A DNA stretch of 64,000 nt from an uncultured delta proteobacterium (GTDB taxonomy: Bacteria; Desulfobacterota; DSM-4660; Desulfatiglandales; HGW-15): contig CAVPOU010000013.1 of assembly GCA_963707125.1 (NCBI GenBank), positions 128,007 to 192,006 of the forward strand, read 5' to 3'. Below the pieces are notes generated by a model. That model did not search any database. It saw only the letters and a program-made list of their open reading frames with translations, and had not been told where the DNA came from. The position numbers were made by a program, and so were the translations under genes. Shown here piece after piece: positions 45,429 to 55,001 of the stretch (position 1 is its first letter; each line of letters starts with the position of its first letter).

Positions 45429-46646
45429 AGGTACAATCAAGGCGCCGACATCAAAGAGCATGATGCAGCGCAGTGTGGCTGCTGCTTTATTATCGGACGG
45501 CTATACCATTCTCCGTAACCCGTCGTTCTGCGACGATTCAATGGCGGCACTGGACATTGCACGCAGGCTGGGGGCAGTGATAGAAATCAACAAGGATGAA
45601 GTCCTCATCAAAGGCGGCTTTGCCCCCAAGGAGGATCATGTTAACTGTCATGAATCAGGCCTGTGTATGCGGATGTTCACCCCTATTGCTTCACTGCATA
45701 ACTCACTGATCACGATCAACGGCAGCGGCTCCTTGCTCAAACGGCCTGTTGGTATGATCGAAGACTGCCCTGATGCAGTTGGGCGTGGAATGCAAAACAA
45801 ACAACGGGTTGATGCCTGTTACCGTGAAAGGACCCCTGCATGGCGGAACAGCCATGATTGGGGGATCAATCACTTCACAACTTCTTACCGGCTTGCTGAT
45901 GGCATTGCCCTTGGTCAAGAGTAAATCGCACCTCATGGTAGATGACCTTAGGAGCAAACCTTATATTGATATGACCTTGCAGGTATTGTCCGATTTTGGT
46001 ATTGAAGTAGAGAATATGGATTATGAAGCGTTCAGCATACCCGGAAACCAGAAATACCATGCGCGCGATTATTGTGTGGAGGGCGACTGGAGCTGGCGCG
46101 TCATTCCTGCTTGTGGCTGCAGCACTGTCCGGCCAGGTGAAAGTGATCATGCTGCAGAAGAAAAGCGTACAGTCGGACAAAGCCATTGTGGAAGTACTCA
46201 GGAAAACCGGGGCGGTTGTAGTCGTCAAAGAGGACTGTATCGAGGTTAAAAAGAACATGTTGAAGGCATTTGAATTTGATGCCACCGAATGCCCTGACCT
46301 GTTCCCGCCGCTGGTGGCGCTGGCCGCGCATTGCATTGGCATCACAACTATAAAAGGCGCCGAACGCCTTAAACATAAAGAAAGCGACCGTGCTGTAGCA
46401 CTTCGCGAAGAATTTGGTAAATTAGGTGTTGATATCAGGATTGATGGCGATGAGATGATCATCAGGGGGGGACAGGTGAAAGGCGGCAAGGTCAATTCGC
46501 ATAATGACCACAGGATAGCCATGGCGGCCGCGGTTACGGCTGTCGCCGCTCAAAGCGAAGTGATCATCGATGGGGCACAGTGCGTTGCTAAATCCTATCC
46601 TGAGTTTTTTGATGACATGGATAGAATCATGGTTCCTTCATTGTAA
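45397..46646 (+). pseudogene. aroA: EPSP synthase split over three frames (two frameshifts)
   Basis: ORFs 45397-45924, 45773-46249 and 46023-46646 concatenate to a full AroA (APTSKSMMQR ... ITSQLLTGLLMALPL ... VEGDWSGASFLLVAAAL ... HNDHRIAMAAAV). The frame changes at about 45766 and about 46094, each consistent with one extra base. Confidence 0.85.
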
Positions 46647-46682
46647 TATGAAATAACAGCAGGTAAATGAAAATACAATCAT

Positions 46683-47665
46683 ATGAATTCATTCGGAAGA
46701 ATATTCAGAATAAGCATCTTCGGCGAATCTCACGGAAAGGCCGTGGGCATTGTCGTTGACGGCTGTCCGCCAGGCATAACGCTGGCCGAAAAAGATCTCG
46801 AAGCCGACCTTGCTCGCCGCAAAAGCGGAGCAAAAGGCACTACATCCCGCAGGGAGGATGATAAACCCAGTTTTCCTGAGCGGCGTCCACAAAGGCAAGA
46901 CAACAGGCAGCCCGATTGCCGTCATGTTTCATAACGCCGACGTCATCTCATCCGATTATGATATGTTCAGGGATGTGCCGCGGCCGGGCCATGCCAACTT
47001 TGTTGCAAAGAAGAAATACGAGGGGTTCAGCGATATCCGCGGGGGAGGGCATTTCTCGGGCCGCCTGACACTGGGGCTCGTTACAGCCGGCGTGATAGCA
47101 AAGAAGATCATCAATCCCATTCATGTCAAAGCCGACCTCATTGAAGCAGGCGGTGAAAAGAATATTGATAAAGCCATTCAGAAGGCCATAAAAAATAATG
47201 ATTCGATCGGAGGCATTATCGAATGCAGATCACTGAACATGCCGGTAGGACTGGGCGAGCCATTCTTCGACTCGGTTGAATCGCTTCATCAGTCATCTTG
47301 TATTTTCTATTCCCGGTGTTAAAGCCATTGAGTTTGGCTCCGGCTTCAAAGCGGCCGCCATGACAGGCATTCAGCACAATGACCCGATCATCACCATCAG
47401 CGGAAAAACCAAAACCAACCATGCGGGTGGCATCAACGGAGGCATCACCAACAGCAATGACCTTGTGTTCAGGATAGCCGTTAAACCAACGGCAAGCATA
47501 TCGAAAACCCAGCATACAATGAACACAAAGATGGTGAAGATGGTTGATCTGGAAGTGAAAGGCCGCCACGACCTGTGCATAGCCCTGCGTATGCCTGTCA
47601 TTGTTGAAGCGGCAACAGCCGTTGTTCTCGCTGATCTTATGATGATCAATAAAACCATTTCGTGA
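46683..47665 (+). pseudogene. aroC: Chorismate synthase split over three frames (two frameshifts)
   Basis: ORFs 46683-46934, 46810-47322 and 47276-47665 concatenate to AroC ([15 protein letters not shown] ... [14 protein letters not shown] ... PRPGHA ... RGGGHFSGR ... GRHDLC). The frame changes at 46866-46868 (C-run) and about 47287. Confidence 0.85.
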
Positions 47666-47861
47666 AGAGGTTACTATATTCTGGGAACAACGCATGGGAC
47701 AGGAAGAACTGACTACTGAATTAAAGAATATTATCCTGTCGAATGGCGCTGACCGAAACTGCAACCACCGGAAATCCTCGCATACCTCTTCGCCTAGCGC
47801 AGTAACTCCCTGGTTATCAGCGATTGGGGTTGAAGCGGGCGACACGCCTTTCACGGCCTTC

Positions 47862-48446
47862 TCAAAATCTGTAGCGAATTCCGATGACCCACGCGTTGGA
47901 GGCGCCTTGAACTCCACTGAATACCCCACCCGCACCGGAGCGATGATGAATGCCAGTCACCAGGCTCCACTGCGGAACCTGGGGAAGCGAAAAAGCAAAT
48001 TCAAACATCAGTGCTCCCAGGAACTGGGCGGTCTCCTCATAGTGCTTGGCTTCAATTGCCGGCACGGAGGTAGCGTAGGATAACCCCGCCCCTGCAGCGA
48101 AACTTGTGTCTAAGTACTCGTTCCAGGGAAAGAGCAGCCAGCGAAAATAGGCCACAAGATCGAATTCCCAATTGTCTTGGTCTCCAAAGTATCTGGCGAT
48201 TTGGCCCTCGATCTCGATATCGAAGTAGTTTTGAAAGGTGTATAATCTTCTGGATAGACCCAGGTCGATTAAATAGGCATTTTCAAATTCGAAATTGAAC
48301 GTAGCCGTTTTAGCGAGAGCCGCATCCGTCATCTTCCCGGAATAGAGCGTGAGTGCCCAATCCCTTTCCGCGTGCGCGTCACTGCATGGAACAAGGGTAA
48401 GAAAAATCAGCGCCAGTGCGCACATTCCAATCTGCCATCGATCCAT
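47862..48446 (-). CDS. Outer-membrane beta-barrel protein (PagL / acyloxyacyl-hydrolase-like, tentative)
   Basis: Signal peptide MCALALIFLTLVPCSDAHA, alternating beta-strand pattern and terminal aromatic (GIRYRF). GIHHRSGAGG loosely recalls the PagL His/Ser region. High-GC codon usage. Confidence 0.4.
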   Translation of the reverse strand: MDRWQIGMCALALIFLTLVPCSDAHAERDWALTLYSGKMTDAALAKTATFNFEFENAYLIDLGLSRRLYTFQNYFDIEIEGQIARYFGDQDNWEFDLVAYFRWLLFPWNEYLDTSFAAGAGLSYATSVPAIEAKHYEETAQFLGALMFEFAFSLPQVPQWSLVTGIHHRSGAGGVFSGVQGASNAWVIGIRYRF

Positions 48447-48863
48447 CTGCTCGTCCACCTCATAACCAGCTCCTTTTGCACAAGAACCGCCGGTGTGCCG
48501 ATCCCACGGAGTCAGCGTCATGGCCTAGCTGGTTCTGTGCGAAAAATGCGGCAACATGGCTGCCGTGAAGAGAGCTGATGAGAATTCCCTTTTTTTGAGA
48601 TGACTTAATATCCGTTTGGCCGTTGTTATTCAATGAAAAACTAGGATTCACCACGTTCTGGTGTCATACCCAGGCATCAGGCTGAATGTGTAATCAGATC
48701 CAAAGGCATACGTCAGAATTGCAGGGTCTGCTCTCGGTTTTCAAAGACGACAATATCGGGAGGCATCGGCACATAGGGCGTTCAAACCTTCAGCGATGGC
48801 ATGTGGGCCGTATGTGCTTTTGAATCGCACCTAGGTGCTATCCCATGTGCAAATGCGAGAGAA

Positions 48864-49331
48864 CTACTTGATGCCTCTTGCGTAGTTGATCAAAACCATC
48901 TTGTGCTTCCGGGTATCTGCTTTGACCCTTGAAAGTTTCCGGCTCAGCATGTCATCCTGGATCTGAATCCGATCGATAAAGCTTGCCTCGTCCAGCTCTC
49001 CCTCGATCTCAGCGCAGAGGTTGTACGCTTCTGCTTCCGAAATATCCGTTTCGACCTTCTTGACCAGTTCCTTCGCCTTGTTCACAAATCCCTTCAAGTA
49101 ATCCAGGTCCTGGCCGATGTGAACCTCAAAGGAGTCATCGGAAATCACTTTTTCCCGGAGTTTGTTGAAAACCTGCGCGTGGGCCATTTCTTCATTCGCC
49201 AGCTCCGACCAGAAGCTTTTCACCTGCTGTCTGAAATAGGGTTTTCCTGAAAGCTTCTCATAGACCCTGGAGAGTCCAGTCTCGATCTTCGCCAAACCAA
49301 TGAGTACTCTGTCCATCTCTCTCGATATCAT
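48864..49331 (-). CDS. Ferritin-like / rubrerythrin-like four-helix protein (tentative)
   Basis: 155 aa, all-helical in appearance, with ELANEEMAHAQ (ExxH). Divergent from the first histidine kinase. Confidence 0.4.
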   Translation of the reverse strand: MISREMDRVLIGLAKIETGLSRVYEKLSGKPYFRQQVKSFWSELANEEMAHAQVFNKLREKVISDDSFEVHIGQDLDYLKGFVNKAKELVKKVETDISEAEAYNLCAEIEGELDEASFIDRIQIQDDMLSRKLSRVKADTRKHKMVLINYARGIK

Positions 49332-49413
49332 ATGGTCATCACTCCTGCTGTGGGAGGAGCGGGAGAAGCACGGGGAGCTTCACTTTCTTGTTTGGATGCG
49401 GAGGATTCTGTTC

Positions 49414-52242
49414 ATGGCCAGCAAGCCTACCTATGAGGAATTGAAACGAAGAATCAGAGAGCTTGAAAAAGAGACGGCAAGAGCCAGAGTCGCAGAACAG
49501 GCCCTGAGAGAAAATGAGCGGGTTTTGCCCCAAATGATCCAGGGAAGCCCGATCCCCACCTTCGTGATGAACATGGATCACACCATCGCCCACTGCAACA
49601 AGTCTTTCGAGAACCTCATCGGAGTCTCGGCCGATCAAATCCTCGGCAGCAAGGAGTGGTTGGACGCTGCCGCCACGGCCCGCCCGTACATGGCAGACTT
49701 CGTTGTGGATCAGGCTCCTGAAGAAGAGATGGTCTGGTATTACGGCAGGAAATGCCGAAAGTCCAGGGGCATCGAAGGGGCTTACGAAGCCGAGGCCTTT
49801 TTTCCAAAGATGGGAGAAAAAGGCAAGTGGCTGTCCATCACCGCGACGCCCCTTCGGGATGCGGAAGCCAACCTCGTCGGTGCCATCGAGACCTTGCAGG
49901 ACATCACAGAGAGCAGAGAGACGGAAGCGGCTCTCAGGGAGAGCGAGAAAAGGCTCTCTCAGATCGTCCACGGAACCTCCATTCCCACCTTTGTTATCAA
50001 CGACAAGCACACCATGATCCATTGCAACAGGGCTTTCGAGAACCTGACGGGAATCCGCGCCGGCCAGATCATAGGAACGAGAGCCCAGTGGATGGCTTTC
50101 TACGCTTCGGAAAGGCCTGTAATGGCCGACTTCATTGTGGACGGAGCCTCCCAGGAAGACATGAAGCAATGCTATGGAGACAGGTGCAGGAAGTCCCGCG
50201 TCATCGAGGGGGCCTATGAAGTGGAGGAATTCTTCCCGGACCTGGGGAGCGGGGGAAAGTGGCTCTTCTTCACGGCGGCGCCGTTGATGGATGATGACAA
50301 GAAAATCACAGGCGCCATCGAGACGTTGCAGGACGTGACCGAACGCAGGCGAGCGGAAGAAGCTCTCAGAGAATCTGAAAAGAGATACAGGACTCTCCTT
50401 GATTTCGCCCCTTATCCCATAGTGGTCTTCACCCTGGATGGGAAAGTCTCCTATCTGAACCCGGCTTTCACCGAAGTCTTTGGCTGGAGTCTCGACGAAC
50501 TGGAAGGCCGGCCCATCCACTATGTCCCGCCCGGCATGGAGCATGAAACGACTGAGGAGATCAAGCAGCTTTTTGAGAAGAAGGTGATCCTCCGGGAAGA
50601 GACAAAAAGGATGACCAAAGACGGCCGCATTCTCGATGTGATTCTGAGAGCGGTTGTCTTCTCAGTGTCCCAGGAGGAGCCCGGGGGCGAGCTGGTTATC
50701 CTTCGGGATGTGACCCAGGAAAAAAGAATCGCCCGCAACAACGAAGCCATGCTCCGGATCAGCATGGCCTTACCCGAATACCCGGACCTGCAAGACCTTC
50801 TTTACTATGTCAACAGCGAAGTAAAGAGTCTTCTCGGCACAGAAGGATCCATCACGATACTCCATGATGAGATCAAAGAGGATCTCTTCATCCTCGGCGC
50901 CGCATACGATGATATGGATACAGAGAAAAGGGCCAGGGAGATCCGCTTCTCCATGAATCAGCTTGTGGCCGGGCAGGTGATCCGGACCGGGGAGCCGATG
51001 ATCGTCAATGACACCTCCACCCATCGATTGCTCCACGAAGAACGAGACAGAAAGCTGGGCTATAGGACAAGGAACCTCGTGCTCGTTCCCCTGAAAAGCA
51101 GCGATCGGATTATCGGCGCTCTGTGCGCCATCAACAAAAAGGAAGGCCTCTTTGACCAGACGGATGTGGAGATGCTCAGCATGATTGCCGGAACCGTGGC
51201 TCTTTCTGTGGAGAATGCGAGGTTTTCCGACGAATTGAAGAAAGCTTACAGGGAAGTGACGAGCCTCAACCGCGCCAAGGACAAAGTGATCAATCATTTG
51301 TCCCACGAGTTGCGGACCCCAGTAGCCATTCTCTCAGGCTCCTTGAACATCCTGACCCGCAGGCTTGCCGCTCTTCCGGAAGAGACCTGGAAACCTACCC
51401 TCCAAAGGCTCCAGAGAAATCTCGATCGGGTCGTGGACATCCAGTATCAGGTGCAAGACATCATGGAGAACAAGCAGTACAAAACACGGGGGCTCCTCAC
51501 TTCCATGATCGACCAGTGCGGCGACGAACTGGAGACTCTCCTGGCAGAAGAATTTGGGGAAAAAGGGATTATTCAGAAGATCCGGAAGCGAGTGGATGAG
51601 CTGTTCAGCGTAAAAGAAGAGGCTTCAAAGGAGCTCAGGCTGGAACAGGAGATCCAGTCGAGCCTGGAACAGCTCAAACCTCACTTTGCCCACAGAGAAT
51701 TGGACTTCGCCACCCGACTTGAGCCGACCCCCCCGATCTTTCTTCCCCCTGATGTGCTGCAAAAGGTGATCGACGGCTTGGTGAAGAATGCGATCGAAAA
51801 CACCCCGGATGAGGGAAAAATTGAAGTTCTTGTCCGGAAGAAGAACGAGGGAGCGGAACTGGTTGTGCGGGATTACGGGGTGGGCATTACGGAAGATGCC
51901 CAGAGAAGGATCTTTGAGGGGTTCTTCACAACCCAGGATACCATGGCCTATTCTTCGAAGAGACCGTTTGATTTCAATGCCGGCGGCAAAGGCGCAGACC
52001 TTTTGCGCATGAAGATTTTCTCCGAGAGATATAACTTCAAGATGGAAATGGTCTCCGCGAGGTGCAAGTTCTTGTCCAAAGATACGGATATCTGCCCCGG
52101 CAGGATCAGCCAATGTCCCTTCTGCTCCAGGGTGGAGAACTGCCACGCTTCCGGCGGGACTACCTTCATGATCTATTTTCCGCCCGCTTCGCTCGCCGAG
52201 CAGGGAGGAGTGAAGAAACAAGAAGGAAGCAGTAAACAGTAA
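49414..52242 (+). CDS. Soluble multi-PAS / GAF sensor histidine kinase with Cys-rich insertion (paralogue 1)
   Basis: Three PAS-like repeats, a GAF domain, H-box NHLSHELRTP, N-box KNAIENTPDEG, G1 DYGVGI and G2 GGKGADL. Then C-x10-C-x6-C-x2-C-x5-CH before the last strand. ATG at 49414. Confidence 0.85.
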   Translation: MASKPTYEELKRRIRELEKETARARVAEQALRENERVLPQMIQGSPIPTFVMNMDHTIAHCNKSFENLIGVSADQILGSKEWLDAAATARPYMADFVVDQAPEEEMVWYYGRKCRKSRGIEGAYEAEAFFPKMGEKGKWLSITATPLRDAEANLVGAIETLQDITESRETEAALRESEKRLSQIVHGTSIPTFVINDKHTMIHCNRAFENLTGIRAGQIIGTRAQWMAFYASERPVMADFIVDGASQEDMKQCYGDRCRKSRVIEGAYEVEEFFPDLGSGGKWLFFTAAPLMDDDKKITGAIETLQDVTERRRAEEALRESEKRYRTLLDFAPYPIVVFTLDGKVSYLNPAFTEVFGWSLDELEGRPIHYVPPGMEHETTEEIKQLFEKKVILREETKRMTKDGRILDVILRAVVFSVSQEEPGGELVILRDVTQEKRIARNNEAMLRISMALPEYPDLQDLLYYVNSEVKSLLGTEGSITILHDEIKEDLFILGAAYDDMDTEKRAREIRFSMNQLVAGQVIRTGEPMIVNDTSTHRLLHEERDRKLGYRTRNLVLVPLKSSDRIIGALCAINKKEGLFDQTDVEMLSMIAGTVALSVENARFSDELKKAYREVTSLNRAKDKVINHLSHELRTPVAILSGSLNILTRRLAALPEETWKPTLQRLQRNLDRVVDIQYQVQDIMENKQYKTRGLLTSMIDQCGDELETLLAEEFGEKGIIQKIRKRVDELFSVKEEASKELRLEQEIQSSLEQLKPHFAHRELDFATRLEPTPPIFLPPDVLQKVIDGLVKNAIENTPDEGKIEVLVRKKNEGAELVVRDYGVGITEDAQRRIFEGFFTTQDTMAYSSKRPFDFNAGGKGADLLRMKIFSERYNFKMEMVSARCKFLSKDTDICPGRISQCPFCSRVENCHASGGTTFMIYFPPASLAEQGGVKKQEGSSKQ

Positions 52243-52372
52243 GCAGCAGGCAGAAAACACTGCATCGCCGACTCCCAACCTGCGACCAGCAACGTGCCAC
52301 AGGCGCATGGAAGAGTCGGGCCCGCAGAATTAACGTCGGTATGGCGCAGCCCTTGATCGGGAGGTTTTTCTC

Positions 52373-54727
52373 ATGACGACCAAGCAACCCCGTGAAGACC
52401 TTGCAAGCAAAGTGAAGGCCCAGGAAAGGGAACTCGCCGAATGCAGGAGGTCTGTTGAAGATCTGAAGCACAGCGAGAAAAGGCTCTCCCTCATCATTCA
52501 GAGCAGCGCCATCCCAGCCCTGGTGATCGACAAGAACCACGTGATCACCCACTGTAACAAGGCCTATGAAAAGCTCAGGGGAATTCCTGCAGAGAAAATG
52601 GTGGGCACAAGCAACCAGTGGATGACCTTTTACAAAGAGCCCAGCCGCGCCATGGTGGATTACATTGTTGATCGTGTTCCGGGAGAAGAAATCCTCAGGC
52701 ATTTTGGTCAGCGCTGCCGGAAGTCTGCTCTCGCGGAAGGAGGATACGAGGCGGAACTCTTTTTCTCGAACCTTGGAGAAAATGGACAGTGGCTCTTCTT
52801 CACCGCAGCCCCTCTGATCTCTGAAACGGGCGAGATCGTGGGAGCCATTGAGACTTTCCAGGACGTTTCGAAACGCAGGCTGGCTGAAGAAGCTCTCCGC
52901 AAGTCCGAGAGACGTTTCAGAACCCTTCTGGACTTTGTTCCCTACCCCATCGGCGTCTTCACGATGGAAGGGTTCCCTGTTTATCTGAACCCCGGCTTCA
53001 CCAAGGTTCTTGGATGGACGCTCCATGAGCTCGAGGGCAAGAAAATTCCTTTCGTGCCTGAAGAGGCCAAAAAGGAGACGATCGAGAATCTGGAACGCCT
53101 TTACAGAGACAAGATTCTTGTCCGGCATGAGTCCAGGAGAATGACCAAGGAAGGACGGGTGCTCGATGTATCCATCAGGGCCGCGGTTTTCTCAGAATCG
53201 GAGGAGGGACCTTCCGGCGTGATCGCCATATTCCGGGATATCACCCAGGAGAAACGGATCGCACGGATCAACGAAGCGATGCTTCACATCAGCCTGGCCC
53301 TGCCAAGGTATCCAAATCTTGAAGACATCCTCGACTACGTCAATGGAGAGGTGAAAAGACTCCTGAACGCCGAAGGGTGTGTATCCATCCTGCTCGATGA
53401 AGAGAAGCAGGAGTTCTTCATCCTGGGAGCGGCCTACGATAAGTCCGACATGGAGAGAAAAGCCAAAGAGGCCCGGTTCCCCATGGATCAGCTTCTGGCA
53501 GGCAAAGTCGTCAAGACAGGGGAACCCATGATTGTGTCCGACACCTCCGCAGACCGGCACATCCATGAACAGAGGGACAAGAAGCTCGGCTTTAAGACGC
53601 GGAATCTCGCTCTCGTGCCTCTCGGGAGCGGGGAGCAAGCCAGGGGTGCGCTCTGCGCGATCAACAAAAAAGAGGGGGACTTTGTTCAGGCGGATATAGA
53701 GCTGCTGGAAATGATCGCCGGCACCGTTGCTCTTTCCATTGAAAACGCCCGGGTTTCCGCTGAGCTCAAGAAAGCTTACACAGAGGTGACGAGCCTCAAC
53801 CGCGCCAAGGACAAGGTGATCAACCACCTGTCCCACGAACTGAGGACGCCCATCTCCATCCTGTCCGGCGCTCTCGCCGTGCTCAAGAGAAAGATGGAGA
53901 CCTTGCCGGAAGCGACCTGGAAGCCTTTTGTGGACATGGCTCAGAGAAACCTGGATCGCATGGAGGCGATTCAGATTCAGGTGGAAGACATCATGGAGGA
54001 TCGCCAGTATAAACCTTACGGAGTCCTGTCCCTCCTGCTGGATCAGTGCTCCGATGAACTGGCTGTTCTCGTGGCCCAGGAGACCGGTAACGGCGCGGTG
54101 GTCGAACGGATCCGAAAACGAATTGCAGAGCTTTTCGGGCCAAAGGAGTCCTCTCCAGCGGAACTGCGGCTGGATCAGATGGTGAAAGAAAGGCTGGAAG
54201 CCCTGGGCCCGTCTTTTTTCCACCGCCAGGTGGAGATCCTGTCGCAGATTGGTCCTGCACCGTCCATTTTCATCCCTCCGGATGTTCTGCAAAAGGTGAT
54301 CGACGGGCTGATCAAGAATGCCATTGAAAACACACCGGATGAAGGGAGAGTAGAGATTGCAGTTCAACCAAAGGGCGAAGGCGCCTTACTGCTGGTTCAC
54401 GATTACGGGGTCGGCATCCCGGAAGAAGCGCAGAAAAGAATTTTCGAGGGTTTCTTTCACACCCAGGACACCATGGCCTATTCTTCGAAGAGACCGTTTG
54501 ATTTCAATGCCGGCGGCAAAGGCGCGGACCTTTTGCGCATGAAGATTTTCTCCGAGCGATACCATTTCCAGATCGACATGGCCTCTGCGCGATGCGAGTT
54601 CTTGAGGAAGGAGACGGATGTCTGTCCCGGCCGGATCAGCACATGCCCCTTGTGCTCAAAAACCGAGAGCTGTCATCAATCAGGAGGAACCGTCTTTTCT
54701 TTGTACTTCCCGCCGGCCCCCCGCTGA
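52373..54727 (+). CDS. Soluble PAS / GAF sensor histidine kinase with Cys-rich insertion (paralogue 2)
   Basis: Same architecture with one fewer N-terminal PAS. H-box NHLSHELRTP. C-terminal RCEFLRKETDVCPGRISTCPLCSKTESCH. SD gggagg upstream of the ATG. Confidence 0.85.
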   Translation: MTTKQPREDLASKVKAQERELAECRRSVEDLKHSEKRLSLIIQSSAIPALVIDKNHVITHCNKAYEKLRGIPAEKMVGTSNQWMTFYKEPSRAMVDYIVDRVPGEEILRHFGQRCRKSALAEGGYEAELFFSNLGENGQWLFFTAAPLISETGEIVGAIETFQDVSKRRLAEEALRKSERRFRTLLDFVPYPIGVFTMEGFPVYLNPGFTKVLGWTLHELEGKKIPFVPEEAKKETIENLERLYRDKILVRHESRRMTKEGRVLDVSIRAAVFSESEEGPSGVIAIFRDITQEKRIARINEAMLHISLALPRYPNLEDILDYVNGEVKRLLNAEGCVSILLDEEKQEFFILGAAYDKSDMERKAKEARFPMDQLLAGKVVKTGEPMIVSDTSADRHIHEQRDKKLGFKTRNLALVPLGSGEQARGALCAINKKEGDFVQADIELLEMIAGTVALSIENARVSAELKKAYTEVTSLNRAKDKVINHLSHELRTPISILSGALAVLKRKMETLPEATWKPFVDMAQRNLDRMEAIQIQVEDIMEDRQYKPYGVLSLLLDQCSDELAVLVAQETGNGAVVERIRKRIAELFGPKESSPAELRLDQMVKERLEALGPSFFHRQVEILSQIGPAPSIFIPPDVLQKVIDGLIKNAIENTPDEGRVEIAVQPKGEGALLLVHDYGVGIPEEAQKRIFEGFFHTQDTMAYSSKRPFDFNAGGKGADLLRMKIFSERYHFQIDMASARCEFLRKETDVCPGRISTCPLCSKTESCHQSGGTVFSLYFPPAPR

Positions 54728-54734
54728 ACCATTT

Positions 54735-54978
54735 CACCGCAGAGAGCGCAAAGAACGCAGAGGGAATTCGGGTTTAACAAACTTCAAAACCCTTTCCCAA
54801 ACCCCATTTAACCCCCCGCAACCTCTCGGCGATCTCGGCGTGCTCTGCGGTGGATAGCCTTACCGCAGAGAGCGCAAAGAACGCAGAGAGGATCCGTTTG
54901 TGAAAGACCTCAAAACTTTTCCTTCCAGCGTCTTTAACCCACTTTAATGTCTCTGCGAGCTCCGCGTGCTCCGCGGTG
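54735..54978. repeat. Two tandem copies of a ~118-bp element with terminal inverted repeats (REP/MITE-like)
   Basis: Unit 1 is 54735-54852 and unit 2 is 54861-54978. Each starts (c/t)ACCGCAGAGAGCGCAAAGAACGCAGAG and ends GCGTGCTC(T/C)GCGGTG, the complement of its own start. Confidence 0.85.
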
Positions 54979-55001
54979 AAAGGCCTACGGTGGGGGAAGA
55001 T

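Noticed and set aside
48829-48840. Perfect 12-bp palindrome GCACCTAGGTGC downstream of the ferritin-like gene as a terminator
   Set aside because: It cannot form a stable hairpin because the loop would be 2 nt or less, and there is no T-run. A single short palindrome is expected by chance in 64 kb.
49339-50544. 401-aa minus-strand ORF, and similar ones at 50770-51306, 51625-52308, 52166-53128 and 53192-54367
   Set aside because: All are antisense to the two histidine-kinase genes, whose PAS, GAF, H-box, N and G boxes are unambiguous on the plus strand.
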